From a virus: DNA of 64,000 bases. Of this stretch, positions 28,152 to 40,294 are shown piece by piece. Made by a program: the position numbers and the translations under genes. The stretch lies in the IMG/VR virus record IMGVR_UViG_3300024966_000001, positions 9,381-73,380 of that record; one strand, given 5' to 3'. Every line of letters begins with the position of its first letter. Within the stretch, counting starts at the first letter, position 1. The notes beneath the pieces are model-generated. The model was not told where the DNA came from and made no database searches. It worked only from the letters and a program-made list of their open reading frames with translations.

Positions 28152-29042
28152 ATGATCCTAACCCCATCTAACGGCAAAGCCTTACGCGGCGATATTATCA
28201 AATCGGCAGTATTGCGCTACGACCTGTCACCGGTGCCGTCCACACTTGAGGCCGAAATACGCGTTGATGATGAATTGCGCAAGTTATTGGCCGAAGGTCA
28301 GATAATCAACTGCAACGGCGATGATTTTCGCATCATCAAGCCCGTGGGCGGATCGGGTAAAGATGCCCAGGGGCAGCACGATTTAAGCGTTTTGCAGATC
28401 ACAGCTTTGCTGAATGCTTGCCATGCGGTAACGTTCGTGCGGCAAAGGGCCATTATTAAAGAAAACGCGGTGTTATCTGAAATCTACCGTGCGGCCGGGG
28501 CGACGCTTCGACCTGTGGACGGTGATTTTAAGGTTGACCGGTTTAACTGCATGGTCGGCGGCACGCCAAGCTTTCATATCGCAAAATTATTGCAGGAAGA
28601 GGGCGGCGTGGTGCGTTGGAAAAACGGCAAGCTCGGATTTTTACGCCTGCCTGATTTGTTTAAGCAGAAAGCGGCCATGTTGCTACCGGACAACGCCAGT
28701 GAAAACGTAGTCAGTGGATTCCTTGAGCGCCATGAAATAGCGGCGTTTTATTCAATTTCTCCGACCGGAGAAGTTGTACATGGCAATCGTGAAAAGCCAC
28801 GGTCGGCCGAATTTGTGCTGGGCAAAAACCAATTGCAGCTGATTAATATGTCGCGTTGCTTGGTTCAGCGAAAAATATCAAAGACTTCATATAACGAAAA
28901 GCTGCACGCCGGTGACCTGATTGATTTTGTCGGTTCCGGTCCGCTGGTTATCGTTACCGCTGCGCATGTCTTTCAAGGCGGAACTGATGGGGCAGGCAGC
29001 AATCAGTACACAAAGCTCTGGTTGAGCGGATTATCATCATGA
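28152..29042 (+). CDS. Baseplate hub protein
   Basis: Precedes the spike gene; gp27/gpD-like size and order. Confidence 0.65.
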   Translation: MILTPSNGKALRGDIIKSAVLRYDLSPVPSTLEAEIRVDDELRKLLAEGQIINCNGDDFRIIKPVGGSGKDAQGQHDLSVLQITALLNACHAVTFVRQRAIIKENAVLSEIYRAAGATLRPVDGDFKVDRFNCMVGGTPSFHIAKLLQEEGGVVRWKNGKLGFLRLPDLFKQKAAMLLPDNASENVVSGFLERHEIAAFYSISPTGEVVHGNREKPRSAEFVLGKNQLQLINMSRCLVQRKISKTSYNEKLHAGDLIDFVGSGPLVIVTAAHVFQGGTDGAGSNQYTKLWLSGLSS

Positions 29043-29578
29043 CAAGTTACGGAACCTATCCGGGGAAATACCCGGCCTTCGTCGAATCCTACGAAAAAAC
29101 AACCCGGCAGGTGCGCGTGTCGATACCCGGTATTACCGACGGAAAGGACGTGTTCCCGGTGTCCGAAATCGAATACCCAATAGGCGACAAGTCGCGCATT
29201 GTAGAGGGGCAGCATTCAACTGAAATAGAAATTCTGCCCGGTGACCATGTTTGGGTGATGTTTATCCGCGGCGATGAACGCTGTCCGATTATTACCGGCT
29301 ACCGAAACCCCAATGCGCCCAGTTCAAATTCAATCGACTGGCGCCGGTTTCATCATGCCAACATAGAACTGACAGCCGACGGCGTTATGCGCCTTAATGC
29401 GAATGCCATTGAGATTAATGCAGCGACGACAATTACTACCAATGCGGCCAATGCCATTATTAACGCCAATACCGACATTAACGGATCAACGCTAACCCAC
29501 AACGACAAGTCAGTGGGAGACAATCATCAGCATTCTGGGGTTCAACCAGGATCAGGAAACACAGGGGCACCAACATAA
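29039..29578 (+). CDS. Baseplate central spike (gpV/gp5-like)
   Basis: OB-fold (GD.VWV.F..GD...PII.G) and C-terminal H.HSGVQPG.G.TGAP. Confidence 0.88.
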   Translation: MTSYGTYPGKYPAFVESYEKTTRQVRVSIPGITDGKDVFPVSEIEYPIGDKSRIVEGQHSTEIEILPGDHVWVMFIRGDERCPIITGYRNPNAPSSNSIDWRRFHHANIELTADGVMRLNANAIEINAATTITTNAANAIINANTDINGSTLTHNDKSVGDNHQHSGVQPGSGNTGAPT

Positions 29579-30081
29579 TGAACCAGCCAAGCAAATCAAA
29601 TTTATTGTTCACCTTCGCCGATATGTCGGTTAAGGACAAAGCCGCCAAGCAGGTAATGAAATACTTCGCCAGAGCTGGCACTAATGTCGTATCGCAAGAT
29701 GTATCGACGCAGGTAAAACGCACATCCGGTATCAGTTACCGGGAAATGCTATTGACCTTTGGTGACTCTCAAAAAGTGCTGTTTAGAATTAAGCAGTCTG
29801 GCGACATTTATCAAGTATTGCTGAACGGCAAGCTGGTCCCGATCAAACGCCAAGATGACCATATTGGTGCTGTCACCGAGATAGTGCAAATGATGGACTC
29901 CGGACGCACTAAGTTTCAAGCAAAGCTGGCGGCCGCGGTGGTCAAGATTCCGCCGGCTATAAAAACAGCTGCACCGAAAATGCTTCAGGTGTTGACTGAA
30001 AAGCGCGATAGCCTGAGGTCGGCCATTGCCGATGTTAGGGCTGAAATAGCGCAGATTCGCGGCGATTCTGCCAGTGCATAA
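29578..30081 (+). CDS. Hdf-like protein (DarA N-terminal homologue)
   Basis: KRTSGISYRE..L.F.DSQ.V...IKQSGDIYQV.LNGK..PIK; directly before darA as in P1. Confidence 0.65.
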   Translation: MNQPSKSNLLFTFADMSVKDKAAKQVMKYFARAGTNVVSQDVSTQVKRTSGISYREMLLTFGDSQKVLFRIKQSGDIYQVLLNGKLVPIKRQDDHIGAVTEIVQMMDSGRTKFQAKLAAAVVKIPPAIKTAAPKMLQVLTEKRDSLRSAIADVRAEIAQIRGDSASA

Positions 30082-30213
30082 TGCCCATGTAGCCCTGCAT
30101 TACCGGTTCCTATGTTGGCTTTCCGAAAAGCAGCGTAAGCCAGGCGCAGCTTCACTATTACACGCTGGCGATGCGTGAAGAAGATCCGGAATGGAAGCCT
30201 GCCCACTTGCCCA

Positions 30214-30253
30214 GGAAAACCGGCCAATAATTCCACTAAGTCATGGCGATAAT
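30214..30253 (+). promoter_or_regulatory. Putative late promoter 5 (darA), probably leaderless
   Basis: GGAAAAC-N27-GATAAT; ATG 6 nt downstream. Confidence 0.65.
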
Positions 30254-30259
30254 ACCGTC

Positions 30260-33097
30260 ATGACTAAAAATATAATCAACGACTTCATTAAGATCGAAAA
30301 CGCCGCGCATGACGGCGCTTTCGGTGACAATCCGCGAGCAATCCCCACCGATGCTCAGTCCGTAGCGGGAAATTATAAACTTGGCCGGGTTACCGCTTAC
30401 GGGCTACCTATCGCCATCGAACAACCACGCAATTCATATCGTACCGGCATAGACCAGAAGACCGGCAAGCGCTGGACAAACCGAATGGCGGCGCATTATG
30501 GCTACTTTTCCGGCACCAAAGGCGCAGACGGTGACGGAGTAGACTGCTTTATCGGTTTCTATCCGCAATCGGAGTACGTTTACATCATCAATCAGTTTGT
30601 TGGTGGGCGTTTCGATGAGCACAAGGTTTGTCTTGCGTTTCCTGATGAACAATCCGCAATAAACGCATACCTGAATAGTTACGACAAAGGCTGGAAAGGT
30701 TTGCACTCAATTATTACAGCATCCATCACCCAATTTAAGTGGTGGCTAAAAAACGGCAACATGAAGAACCCAATTGCACTCAATCATTTACCCTTTGAAG
30801 GACTTGAAACCATGAGACAACAAGTAGCCTGGGACAGCACTGAAAACCCAAAAGGCATGACCTTGGATAAGGTGCTGTACGAAATAAAGCGCGCCGATGG
30901 CGGCAATAATTTGATATTCGACGCAATCTGTATGCGGGATATTTTGGATGATGCTGACAGCGTAATTACGTTTGATGCCCTGGTTACGCCTTACGCACAA
31001 CTTGAGCGAAAGATGCAGGTACTAAAAAACATAATGGATCGTTCTGGTGGTGCAATCAAGACAGCGGCGCTACAGATCAGTGACCCATTCAAGCAAAGCG
31101 GAGTAGCGCAAGTGGCGGCGGTATTTGAGCTATCGGACGGGCAAACTGTATCGATATTTTTCCATAACCCGGATGTGGACCCGCGCAAGATCCAGCAAGG
31201 CGACGAATTGATCAGCTGGAAGTGGCTGCTCAATAAAAAGGACATCACAATTGTGGTTGCCCCAGAAAAAGGCGTTGACTTGAACATCATGAATGTTGCC
31301 CAGCGCATCATGAAGCTGGCGGAGAAAAACAGCGCGGCATTTATCCGTGCGAACGGTAAGCGGGCAGAAAAAATGCAGGCTATTGAGGATATAAAGGTTG
31401 AAATTGTTGGTCTTGAGGCTGAATTAAAGACAGTTCTACATGAACTTGAAGTCGCCAAGGTTGAGGCCGAGGATGTGGCGGTTGTTGACCCCGTTGTTGA
31501 TCCACAGTCCGTTGAAGGTGATGACGCAGACCCAGTAATAACGCCTGAATCTGAATTAACTCCTGCCCCTGAGATTACTCCTGACCCAGCGGCCGAAACA
31601 GAAGCGCTAAAACAAGCAACCTTACAAGCTCTGGTTGATAATTTTGGCTGGAAAAATCAGTCAACCGTTGGCGGCCCGTTATTTTGGGTGACCAAAGAAA
31701 TTGGCGGCGGACACAAGGGCGGAATGGTTAACCCTGATGGAATTCGCCGGGTAAGCGCCAAGTTTGAGGAATCTAGCATGATTGCCATGCACGGCGACAA
31801 TGTTGTGGCTCGGTCATGGTTTGATGTTAGCAAAACCCCTGAAGAAAACGCAGATGAACTCAACCGGGTAGTTAATTCGATTGATCCCAATTATGTTAAG
31901 CCTGATGAAAGCGAGGTTGTTGACCCTAAGCCGGAACTAGAATTAACGCCTGTGCCAGAAATTACACCTGATCCTGAAGTAATTCCAGAACCAGAAACAA
32001 TAATTCCAACTGAAGAGCAAACCAATGAGCAAGAAAACGAGCAAGCAGAAATTACGCCGGAAACAGAAACGGGCGGAGCGGAAGGCGATTTAGTTTCGAC
32101 CAAACCATTTGATGATTATGTGTCGGATGCCAATGGCGATTTATATGATGCAGCAAAAAATTATTTCAAGTCAGAATTACAGAATAAGGTTGTAAGAACA
32201 GTTATTGGTGATGTTTATATTATTGGATCAACCTTTACCGAAATGAAGCGTGGATTAAAACGCGATGAGATTAAGGCTAATTTATTTTCGTTTATTGAGC
32301 CTATCTTGACGAATGGATCTTATAAAGGAAAAGAGGAGCTAAATAAACTACGCAATGATAGTTTTATAGCATTTCACTTTTTTGAATTGGATAATATTAA
32401 GATAGGTGAGTATTTAGTCAATGCGGGTGTTACCGTTGCTCAGCGAGTAAGCGGAGAGCTTGAGTTTGATTTATCTGCCTATGGGTTAGGCCATAGTAAT
32501 GAAGTAAGGTGGCAAAAAAGAAAAGGGGGTAGCCCGCTACTCCGGTCAAGAGCCGAAGACGAATTACCCCCCATAGAGTCAGCAGAGCCAGCTCTTGATT
32601 CAAGTTTAGATCAAGAAAGCGAATCAATCAATTTAATCATCTTAAAAGTAACGGATTTAGATGGTAATGAGCTTGTAGAGTTGGAGGATGATGTTAATGA
32701 GCATGAGCAAATCGACGAACCTGAAACAGAAAACGAACCCATACCGGTTACCGCCGGTAGTGACGAAACTATTACTCCTGCGGGCGAAAAGTCCGACGAA
32801 ATGGATAGCCAAGTTAAAGAACCGATCAACGAAGCCCAAGCGGTGGAAGATCTGGCACCGGCCGTAAGTGAAGCGGCAATAGAGCCACAAGTTAACCCAA
32901 TAAAAGCGGGATTTGAGGCGGAGCTTGAGGCGCTAAAGCTTGAAACCGACATTGAGACATACGATAAGCGACTGGATGAGATTTATGAGCGCATTGAAGC
33001 TGCCGGGTTAGCTGAAGAAATGGATGCTAAACTGCATGAAACGGCTGACGTACTGACTGAGTTACTGATGGAGGCTGAGAAGAATTTCCAGGAATAG
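30260..33097 (+). CDS. darA: DarA-like polyvalent antirestriction protein
   Basis: N-terminal PPase-like domain (GNYKLG...HYGY..GT.GADGD.VD..FDEHKV); DarA domain (FELSDGQTVSIFFHNPD...ISWKWLLNKKDIT.VVAPE.G); LPD-like C-terminal part. Confidence 0.75.
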   Translation: MTKNIINDFIKIENAAHDGAFGDNPRAIPTDAQSVAGNYKLGRVTAYGLPIAIEQPRNSYRTGIDQKTGKRWTNRMAAHYGYFSGTKGADGDGVDCFIGFYPQSEYVYIINQFVGGRFDEHKVCLAFPDEQSAINAYLNSYDKGWKGLHSIITASITQFKWWLKNGNMKNPIALNHLPFEGLETMRQQVAWDSTENPKGMTLDKVLYEIKRADGGNNLIFDAICMRDILDDADSVITFDALVTPYAQLERKMQVLKNIMDRSGGAIKTAALQISDPFKQSGVAQVAAVFELSDGQTVSIFFHNPDVDPRKIQQGDELISWKWLLNKKDITIVVAPEKGVDLNIMNVAQRIMKLAEKNSAAFIRANGKRAEKMQAIEDIKVEIVGLEAELKTVLHELEVAKVEAEDVAVVDPVVDPQSVEGDDADPVITPESELTPAPEITPDPAAETEALKQATLQALVDNFGWKNQSTVGGPLFWVTKEIGGGHKGGMVNPDGIRRVSAKFEESSMIAMHGDNVVARSWFDVSKTPEENADELNRVVNSIDPNYVKPDESEVVDPKPELELTPVPEITPDPEVIPEPETIIPTEEQTNEQENEQAEITPETETGGAEGDLVSTKPFDDYVSDANGDLYDAAKNYFKSELQNKVVRTVIGDVYIIGSTFTEMKRGLKRDEIKANLFSFIEPILTNGSYKGKEELNKLRNDSFIAFHFFELDNIKIGEYLVNAGVTVAQRVSGELEFDLSAYGLGHSNEVRWQKRKGGSPLLRSRAEDELPPIESAEPALDSSLDQESESINLIILKVTDLDGNELVELEDDVNEHEQIDEPETENEPIPVTAGSDETITPAGEKSDEMDSQVKEPINEAQAVEDLAPAVSEAAIEPQVNPIKAGFEAELEALKLETDIETYDKRLDEIYERIEAAGLAEEMDAKLHETADVLTELLMEAEKNFQE

Positions 33098-33156
33098 TCT
33101 TGCTAAAATGACGGTCAAGATTGGTTAAGCGTCATTCTTACCGGTTTTTTAATAAC

Positions 33157-33180
33157 AAGCCTCTTAATTGAGGCTTTTTT
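33157..33180 (+). terminator. Rho-independent terminator
   Basis: AAGCCTC-ttaatt-GAGGCTTTTTT. Confidence 0.85.
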
Positions 33181-33189
33181 ATGCGAGCA

Positions 33190-33229
33190 GGAAAAGCGGG
33201 CGTTTCCATGCTCCGCAGCGCCCTAAGAT
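33190..33229 (+). promoter_or_regulatory. Putative late promoter 6 (darB)
   Basis: GGAAAAG-N27-TAAGAT. Confidence 0.6.
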
Positions 33230-33253
33230 ATTGGCACAATCGCCATTATCAGG

Positions 33254-36200
33254 ATGCAACAAATGCTATCGTTTTCAGAAAAAAGAACCTCCCAGCGCAT
33301 TATCGTTGAGCAAAACAAAATCCTTTCTGGTTCTCCATTATTTACAGCTAAACGCAACGCCCAAAAGGTCAAGCTTGAGGCTATGGCTAAGTTGGGGATG
33401 GTTGCAAAAACTGTTGCAGGGATACAGCTTGAGCCAAGCGATGATGGTGCTTTTTATGAAATAAAAAATGCAACACCAGGGCGAGAAGATCAGTTTATTA
33501 ATAAGTCACCGCTTTGGGAGCGCACCGGGCCCAGTGCGTCGTCAGAATCCGAAGATCAGACCTTCTTACTCCCAGAAGCCAAAGACGGCTTAAATAAAAG
33601 TGTAGACCAAAATTCAAATATCAGCAACTCAAACTACGGGCTGCAAACCAGCGGCATTAAGACCAGAGAAAAAATAAACGACCAAGTTAAAGCCGTTGCC
33701 AATCAAATCCAAGCTGGGAAAGACCCGGCAACATTGACTGCTGACGAGGTGGCGCTGCTTAAGCAGTATTCCGGAAAGGGCGGCTTAACCATCAATTCGC
33801 AGTTCGAGTATTTTACACCAACCCCGGTTGCTGAGGGTACTTGGGATGCACTTAAAATTAACGGGTTTGAAAACGGGAATGTTCTTGAGCCGAGTACCGG
33901 TGCAGGCGTGTTCCTGGCTACCAAGCCGGCCGGCGTTATTGCCACCGGTACCGAGATTGACCCGACAAGCGCCACAGTCGCCCAAGTGCTTAACCCGACC
34001 GATCAAGTTTCAAACCAGTCTTTTGAAAAGCTGGCGGTCAATGCCCCGGATAACAGCTTCGATGCAGTCATCGGCAACGTTCCGTTCGGTAACGCGCGCG
34101 GTCCGTCAGCGCACGATGATCCGGCCTATAAATCAGAAAAGCTGATTGAGCGCTATTTTGTCAACCGGGTTATTGATAAGGTTCGTCCGGGCGGCTTGAT
34201 TGCGTTGGTTGTGCCGGTCAATATCATCCGGGCCAAAGGCAAGGCTTGGGAAAAGTTTCGCATTGCAATCAGCAAAAAAGCCGAGTTTTTGGGCGCCCAT
34301 AAGCTTCCTTCGAAAACTTTCGCCAAGCAAGGCACCGATACCGTTGTTGATGTTCTGGTTATGCGTAAGCACAGCGCCGATTTCCTGAGCACTATTAACG
34401 ACCTTCCATTCGATACATTGATAGCGGCCAATGTGGTATGGCCGGAATTCATCGAAGGCCGATACTGGCAAGGCGAAGGCAAGCGCTTTATTCATGGTGA
34501 ATTTGTACCCAAAGACCCGACCAAGTTCCGCGACACGGACAAGGTTATTGCCGGCGAGAATTTTACTGACGAGTCATTAAAGCGCGCGCTGGCTGTTAAG
34601 TTTTCCAGTCGCATTGACTGGACCATGTTGGATGCCGCCGAGCCCATTGTCCGTAATTATACCGAAGGCGACCGCCGGGAAATGAACGGCCTTGATTATG
34701 AACTGAAAGACGGCGTATGGATGAAGGTCGCTTATACAGACAATACGGTTGCGCTGGATTCGGCCATCTATGGCGTTGAATCTATGACCGCATTGCAGTC
34801 AATCATGCAATCGGAATCGGGCATTTTGTCGCTTGGCTGGGGGCATATTGAGTCAATAGCAGAAACATTCCCGAACATGGTCCCGCAAAGCGTTAAAGAT
34901 GCGCTCAAGTTCTCCCGCCTACAGCCGGATGATGTGCAGTGGAGGGCATTCCGAGGCGCTGTCATCGGAGCAAAGATTGAGGCCTATACCAATGGCCGAA
35001 CCGACGATCCAGGCGAATTGGCTGAATTAAAAGAGCTGATTCTGCATGAAGTTATCCAGTATGGCCCCCCGAAAGATATTAAGGGTTTGGTACTGGCCGG
35101 AAACGACTCTAAGCGCCTGGGCATGTTTATCAACTCAGTGGACGAGTCCGGTAATTTCTCCGCTTTGATCGAAGCTGGCTCCATCCAGCAAGAAACCGAC
35201 AGCTTTAACTCTAAAGACGTGCTGTCGATTATCGATTACTTGTTCGAGCAGAACCAATACCCGATTGAACTTGGGGTCGTACTATCACTTTACGACGGCG
35301 ACATGCTCATAGAGGACCTTGGCGACATAGTTACCAAAATACCTGGACTGGCCGTTTCTCCGGATGGATTCATTTACCCATTCGACCAATACTGTTCTGG
35401 GCTGATTTATCCAAAACTCAACGCGATGCGCGATGCGATGGTGCAGGAAAAGGACAAGCGCATTATTGAGCAGTACAAAAAGCAAATTGAAAGCATTGAT
35501 ACTAAGTGCCGCAAAACGCCGACCGAAAATATTACGTTTGGGATGCGGCAAAAATGGTTCAACCATACTGCTTACGCGCTGGAGTTCTTGAAAGCCAACG
35601 GCTATAACCGAGCCATCGACTATAACGAAGAGCGCGGCGAATTCGTATCCAACAGCACCGGTGGCATTGCATCACAAATCGTCAATTATCTGAACGATAA
35701 GCCGGTAATGGGCGGCGTCAAGGTATCTGAGTACAAAGACGGTATTCGTGCGCTGGAAGAGCAATTTGACGCCTTCATGAAGTCGCACGCCGATAGCGAA
35801 GACTTGACCAGCGAATATAATCGTAAATTTAACGGTTATGTCGAGTTCGATTACAGTTCAAGTGATTTGAAGCTGAAAAATATCGATGATAGATTGGTTC
35901 CGCACAGCTATCAAAACGAGGCGATACGACGATTATCACGTGAAGGGATCGGTATTTTAGGGTTCGATGTCGGCCTGTGAAAAACCCTAAGTTCGTTTGC
36001 GCTGCAAGCTTACAACGAACAAATGGACCGGTCTAAGCGGACTTGTATCGTGGTTCCTGATGCGGTGCTGGCGAATTGGTATCATGAACACCGGGCGTTT
36101 TATAAAGACACATCGAAGATGCTGTTTGTTGGCATGTCGCCTAAAACAAATAAAGACGGCGGCATTCAACGCGAGCCAATACTGGACGAGCAGGGCAATC

Positions 36201-39200
36201 CAAAGCTGGTCAATGATAAGGAAATCTATCAAGACATCCTGACTAAGGACAACAAGGACATTATCTGGGATAAGATGCACAAAATCCCGCAGTCTAACTT
36301 TTCCTTGGTGGTGATGTCGCATTCTCGGTTCGGCATGATTCCGGTAAAGGGCGACACCAAGCGTAAATACGCAGACCTGATGATGTCGCGTGAGTTATTA
36401 AGTGCCGGCGAGGCCGACAAGCTGATGAGCGCGAATCCAGGGAAAGTATCGTATGCAGATGCGCAAAATAATGACCGGTTAGGGCAGAAATACTCGGACG
36501 AAGGCACGACCAAGCAGGATGCTTACCCATATTTTGAAGATATGGGTTTTGATACGGTTATCGTGGATGAGGCGCATTTTTTTAAAAATTCATTTTCTCC
36601 GGGTAAAGAATCGCAACGCATAGCGTACCTGCCAACACCGAACCCATCACAACGCGCTATCGATATGTCGCTGAAAATGTCCCATATCCGGGAGATTAAT
36701 GGCGGTAGGGGAGTAATTTTACTTTCAGCCACTCCTGTTACAAACAGTCCTTTGGAGATTTACAACATGCTGTCTTTGTTGATCCCAATGGAAGAGTTTG
36801 AGGCGTTTGGGGTGTACACGCCTGATGATTTCGTACGCGTGTTCGGCGATATTCAGCACATAGAAAAAATGAAGGTATCCGGGGAAATCGGCAATGTTGA
36901 TGCAATGGTTGGCTTCCAGAACCTTGACGGTTTGCGTTCGCTGTTCCACAAATATTCCATTATCAAGAATGCCGACGATGTGAAACTGCCATTGCCGGAT
37001 TCAGAAGAAGTTCAGGCAACCGTGGAATTGTCGGATGAGCAACAGGAAATTTATGTAGGGTTAAGAGCTGAAGCCAAAGACGCCACATCAGGCGATCAGA
37101 AGGTACGCGAAGCGGCAAGGCCGCTTTTTTCCATCATCCGGGACATGGATAGGACTACGACAGACCTTGATATGTTCCACAAGCGCATTACCTTTATTTT
37201 CAAATCAGAGTTTAAAGATGCTGTTAATTCAGCGCTGGTTAAGATGCCAAAAACCGTGCAGCGCAAAGAATACGACTCCGATCAGGAAAAGGATGTTGTT
37301 ATCACAGTACCGTTTGAATATGAAGTCACCGAGAATAATGGCAAGATTATTGTGATGATGACCGATGCCGGCGAAGAGGATATGGTTAATGCTATCCAGA
37401 AAGTCGGTATTCCAGAAGATGAGGTAGCGCACCCAATTACGCCAAAGTATGCCGAGTTGCTTAAAAATCTGGCTCATGAAATGGAATTGGGCGGCAAGCA
37501 GATCATTTTTATCGAGGAAAAAACCCAGCACAAAAAGTTGGCTCGAATCCTGGTCCATTTTCTGCCGATTACCTTAGCGAACATTGGCATTATCAATGCA
37601 ACCGATGCCGCCGGCGAAAAGTTGCAGCGTATTTCCGACGATTATAATGCTGGAAAAATCAAGATTGTGATTGCCAACAAAAAAGCCGAGGTCGGAGTAA
37701 ACCTGCAAAAAGGTACGTCAGCGATCCACCATTTAACTTTCCCTTGGGTACCGGCCAGTATGCAGCAGCGCAATGGCCGAGGCATCAGGCAAGGCAATAC
37801 CGTCGAAACAGTGCGTATTTACCATTATATCGGCAAGGGTTCGTTTGACCTATTCAGGCTAAACCTGATCAACCAAAAAGGCAGCTGGATTAACGATATT
37901 TTGCGCGGTACCGAGTCCAATATGGAAAGCAAGGGCGACGGGCATTTGTCGGCCGAAGATGTGATGGTGCTGCTGTCGGATAATCCAGAAGAAGCGCGCG
38001 CGAGAATGGAAGAGTCCAAGGCCAAGCGCGAGAAGGCTAAAAAGGGAAAAGCCGATAAAGCGATGGTGATTAACTTGAACCAGCTTATCGAAGCGCGGCG
38101 CAAGTTATCCTTGCTGTCTGGATGGAAAGCTGACGAAAAAACCAAGATTGAAGACGAAATCAGCAAGCTGAATGCCCGCATCGAGGCCCACCAAGACGAC
38201 GGCACCGAAGATGCCAAAAACAAACTGATCGACTTAAAACGCAAGCGTACGATTCAGGCGAATAAACTATCAGGGCTGGATGCCAAATACCAAGCTATCG
38301 AAGAATCGGCGGCGTCTTCCGTGAAGCAGAAGACAGTATTCCTAAAGGCTAAGGCTGCTTCCGGTGAACTGCCGTTTGATACCGGTGCCATTGATAACCC
38401 GGATTCCGTGTTGATTACTCGGGATGGCCGGGTAATACGTGCCGGCATGGTGTTCGATTTCACCACGGAAAAATACGGCGGAACGGCCATTACCGGGTTG
38501 CGCCTGGTTTCGGCGATTGATTCAAAAACTCAAGCGGTATCGTTGCTGTCCAAGGGCTCAACCTATGTGCAAAATATCGGCCTGGGCGAGCTTTACCGTT
38601 ACGCTATGAAGACGGTGGCGATGACAACCGAAGAATGGGATCTAATGTCTAAATTGTCGCGGGAATTATCGCTACAGGAAGTCATTGACCTGGGCCGCGA
38701 TACCGTTGATAAATTCAAGTCCGAAATCAAGCTGAAGTACGCTGAATATTACCTTGTGGATGCCGGTGACGGCGAAGTGCTGATAGTAAAAAACAACAGC
38801 TCTTATGAGACACTGGACAAAAAGGCGTTCACTTGGCCGGAACTGAAAAACGAGGCGCAAAAATGTAGCGTTGCCAAGTATTACCTGGGCAATACGCTGT
38901 ATGGTGTTGATGATTTTATGGCGTTATTGTTTGGCGCTGAATGGAAAACGGTGATTGAGCAATTTGCCGAAAATGCGACTCAAGAGGATGTTATTAAATC
39001 CTGCAATGCGGCTTATCTGGACATTGTTAAGCGTGTTTCTAGTGGCGATGAATTTCTATTTATGTCATCAAACGCCAATTACAACCTATCGAGTGTTATA
39101 AATCAGATTGTACCGGATATTACTGGCGACAACCGGCAGCAAATAAAAACTTGGGTTTCCGAGTTTATATCCGGCCGTAAAGTCTGGTACGACGAAGAGA

Positions 39201-39763
39201 GTATTAAGCGCAAAGCCGAAGCCGACCAAAAAGCACGAGAAGCGCTTAAAAGCAGTCCTGACTACAAAGAGGTTCCTGCTGATGTGACCAGCCGACTCGC
39301 AGCAAAAGGCATTACAGCAAAATACAATGCCAGTTCTATTTATGCACGCCGTAATTGGCCTGCTTTCTCGTTGCTATTACTTCAAGATGAAAGCGGTAAG
39401 AATGGCTTGCTGTTTGCTACCAAGGACCGGTTAAAGAGTTCATTTGGCGCTCAGTTTGGTGCCGATATTTCCGGTGATTTCCGGGGCGCTTGGTGGTATG
39501 TTTCATCTAGCACTGATATTAATGCGCTGGTTTCGGTTGTGCTTGATGAAAAAGAAGTAGAGCTGGTTAATGCCAACAAGGGCGCCCCAGAAAAACTTAA
39601 AATCCCGGCTGGCAAGGTTGCTGTTGGCGATATGTTAGCGGGATTTACCGTAAATAGCCTAGGAAAAACCTGGGAAGCCAAAAGCTATGATATAAGTTCA
39701 GTAAAACGAGATTCCGGCTTCGATATTGAAGAAGGTGATTTAATTCAATATGCAAGGTTCTAA
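33254..39763 (+). pseudogene. darB: DarB-like N6-MTase plus SNF2 helicase, interrupted by one in-frame TGA at 35978-35980
   Basis: EYFTP, VLEPSTGAG and IGNVPFG (MTase); FDVGL*KT (Walker A); VDEAH, LSATP, QRNGRGIRQGN; both ORF halves are in the same frame. Confidence 0.85.
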
Positions 39764-39764
39764 C

Positions 39765-40172
39765 ATGCGACTTTATAACAAACAGGATTTACAGGACCCA
39801 TTATTCGAGGCGCTGGACAATAACAAAAGCGAGGTCGAATTTATCAAAAAATACGCTACCAATGTCGGTAAAATCATCAAGAAAAAGCCGCAGTTTTACC
39901 GCTATTTTGGTCCGTACTGGTGGGCTTTAAAAGCCATTATGCTTAAGTATGATGTGCCGGGAATTGATGACTTTATCGACTTGGAGTGGCTTGATCGAAT
40001 CAATCTTGCCGGCGATTCTTACGTTTGTGTAGCGGCATGGGCCATGCAGGAGAGCCGAATAGAGGCCATGGAGTTACCTACTAATTTGGTTATGTTGGAA
40101 GATGAAGACGGCAATGTAACCGAGTGCGTAGTCATTGACCCATTTCTTGAGGCGCTAGTTAAGAGCGGTTGA
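39765..40172 (+). CDS. ulx: Ulx-like protein
   Basis: K.P..YR.FGPYW..K motif as recalled for P1 Ulx; directly downstream of darB. Confidence 0.6.
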   Translation: MRLYNKQDLQDPLFEALDNNKSEVEFIKKYATNVGKIIKKKPQFYRYFGPYWWALKAIMLKYDVPGIDDFIDLEWLDRINLAGDSYVCVAAWAMQESRIEAMELPTNLVMLEDEDGNVTECVVIDPFLEALVKSG

Positions 40173-40225
40173 ATGCAATTAATGCGACTTCGATAAGTCA
40201 TAACATCGACTAGCCATATTCCACC

Positions 40226-40265
40226 GGAAAACCAACCAAAAAAACCACAACTGACGCTCCATAAT
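40226..40265 (+). promoter_or_regulatory. Putative late promoter 7 (portal)
   Basis: GGAAAAC-N27-CATAAT. Confidence 0.65.
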
Positions 40266-40294
40266 TAGCCAAACTACCATCATAGCGGCTAATT

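Noticed and set aside
35978-35980. Alternative genetic code (TGA=Gly/Trp) or selenocysteine
   Set aside because: Single case; TGA is a normal stop in many ATGA-coupled genes, and Sec would not fit Walker A
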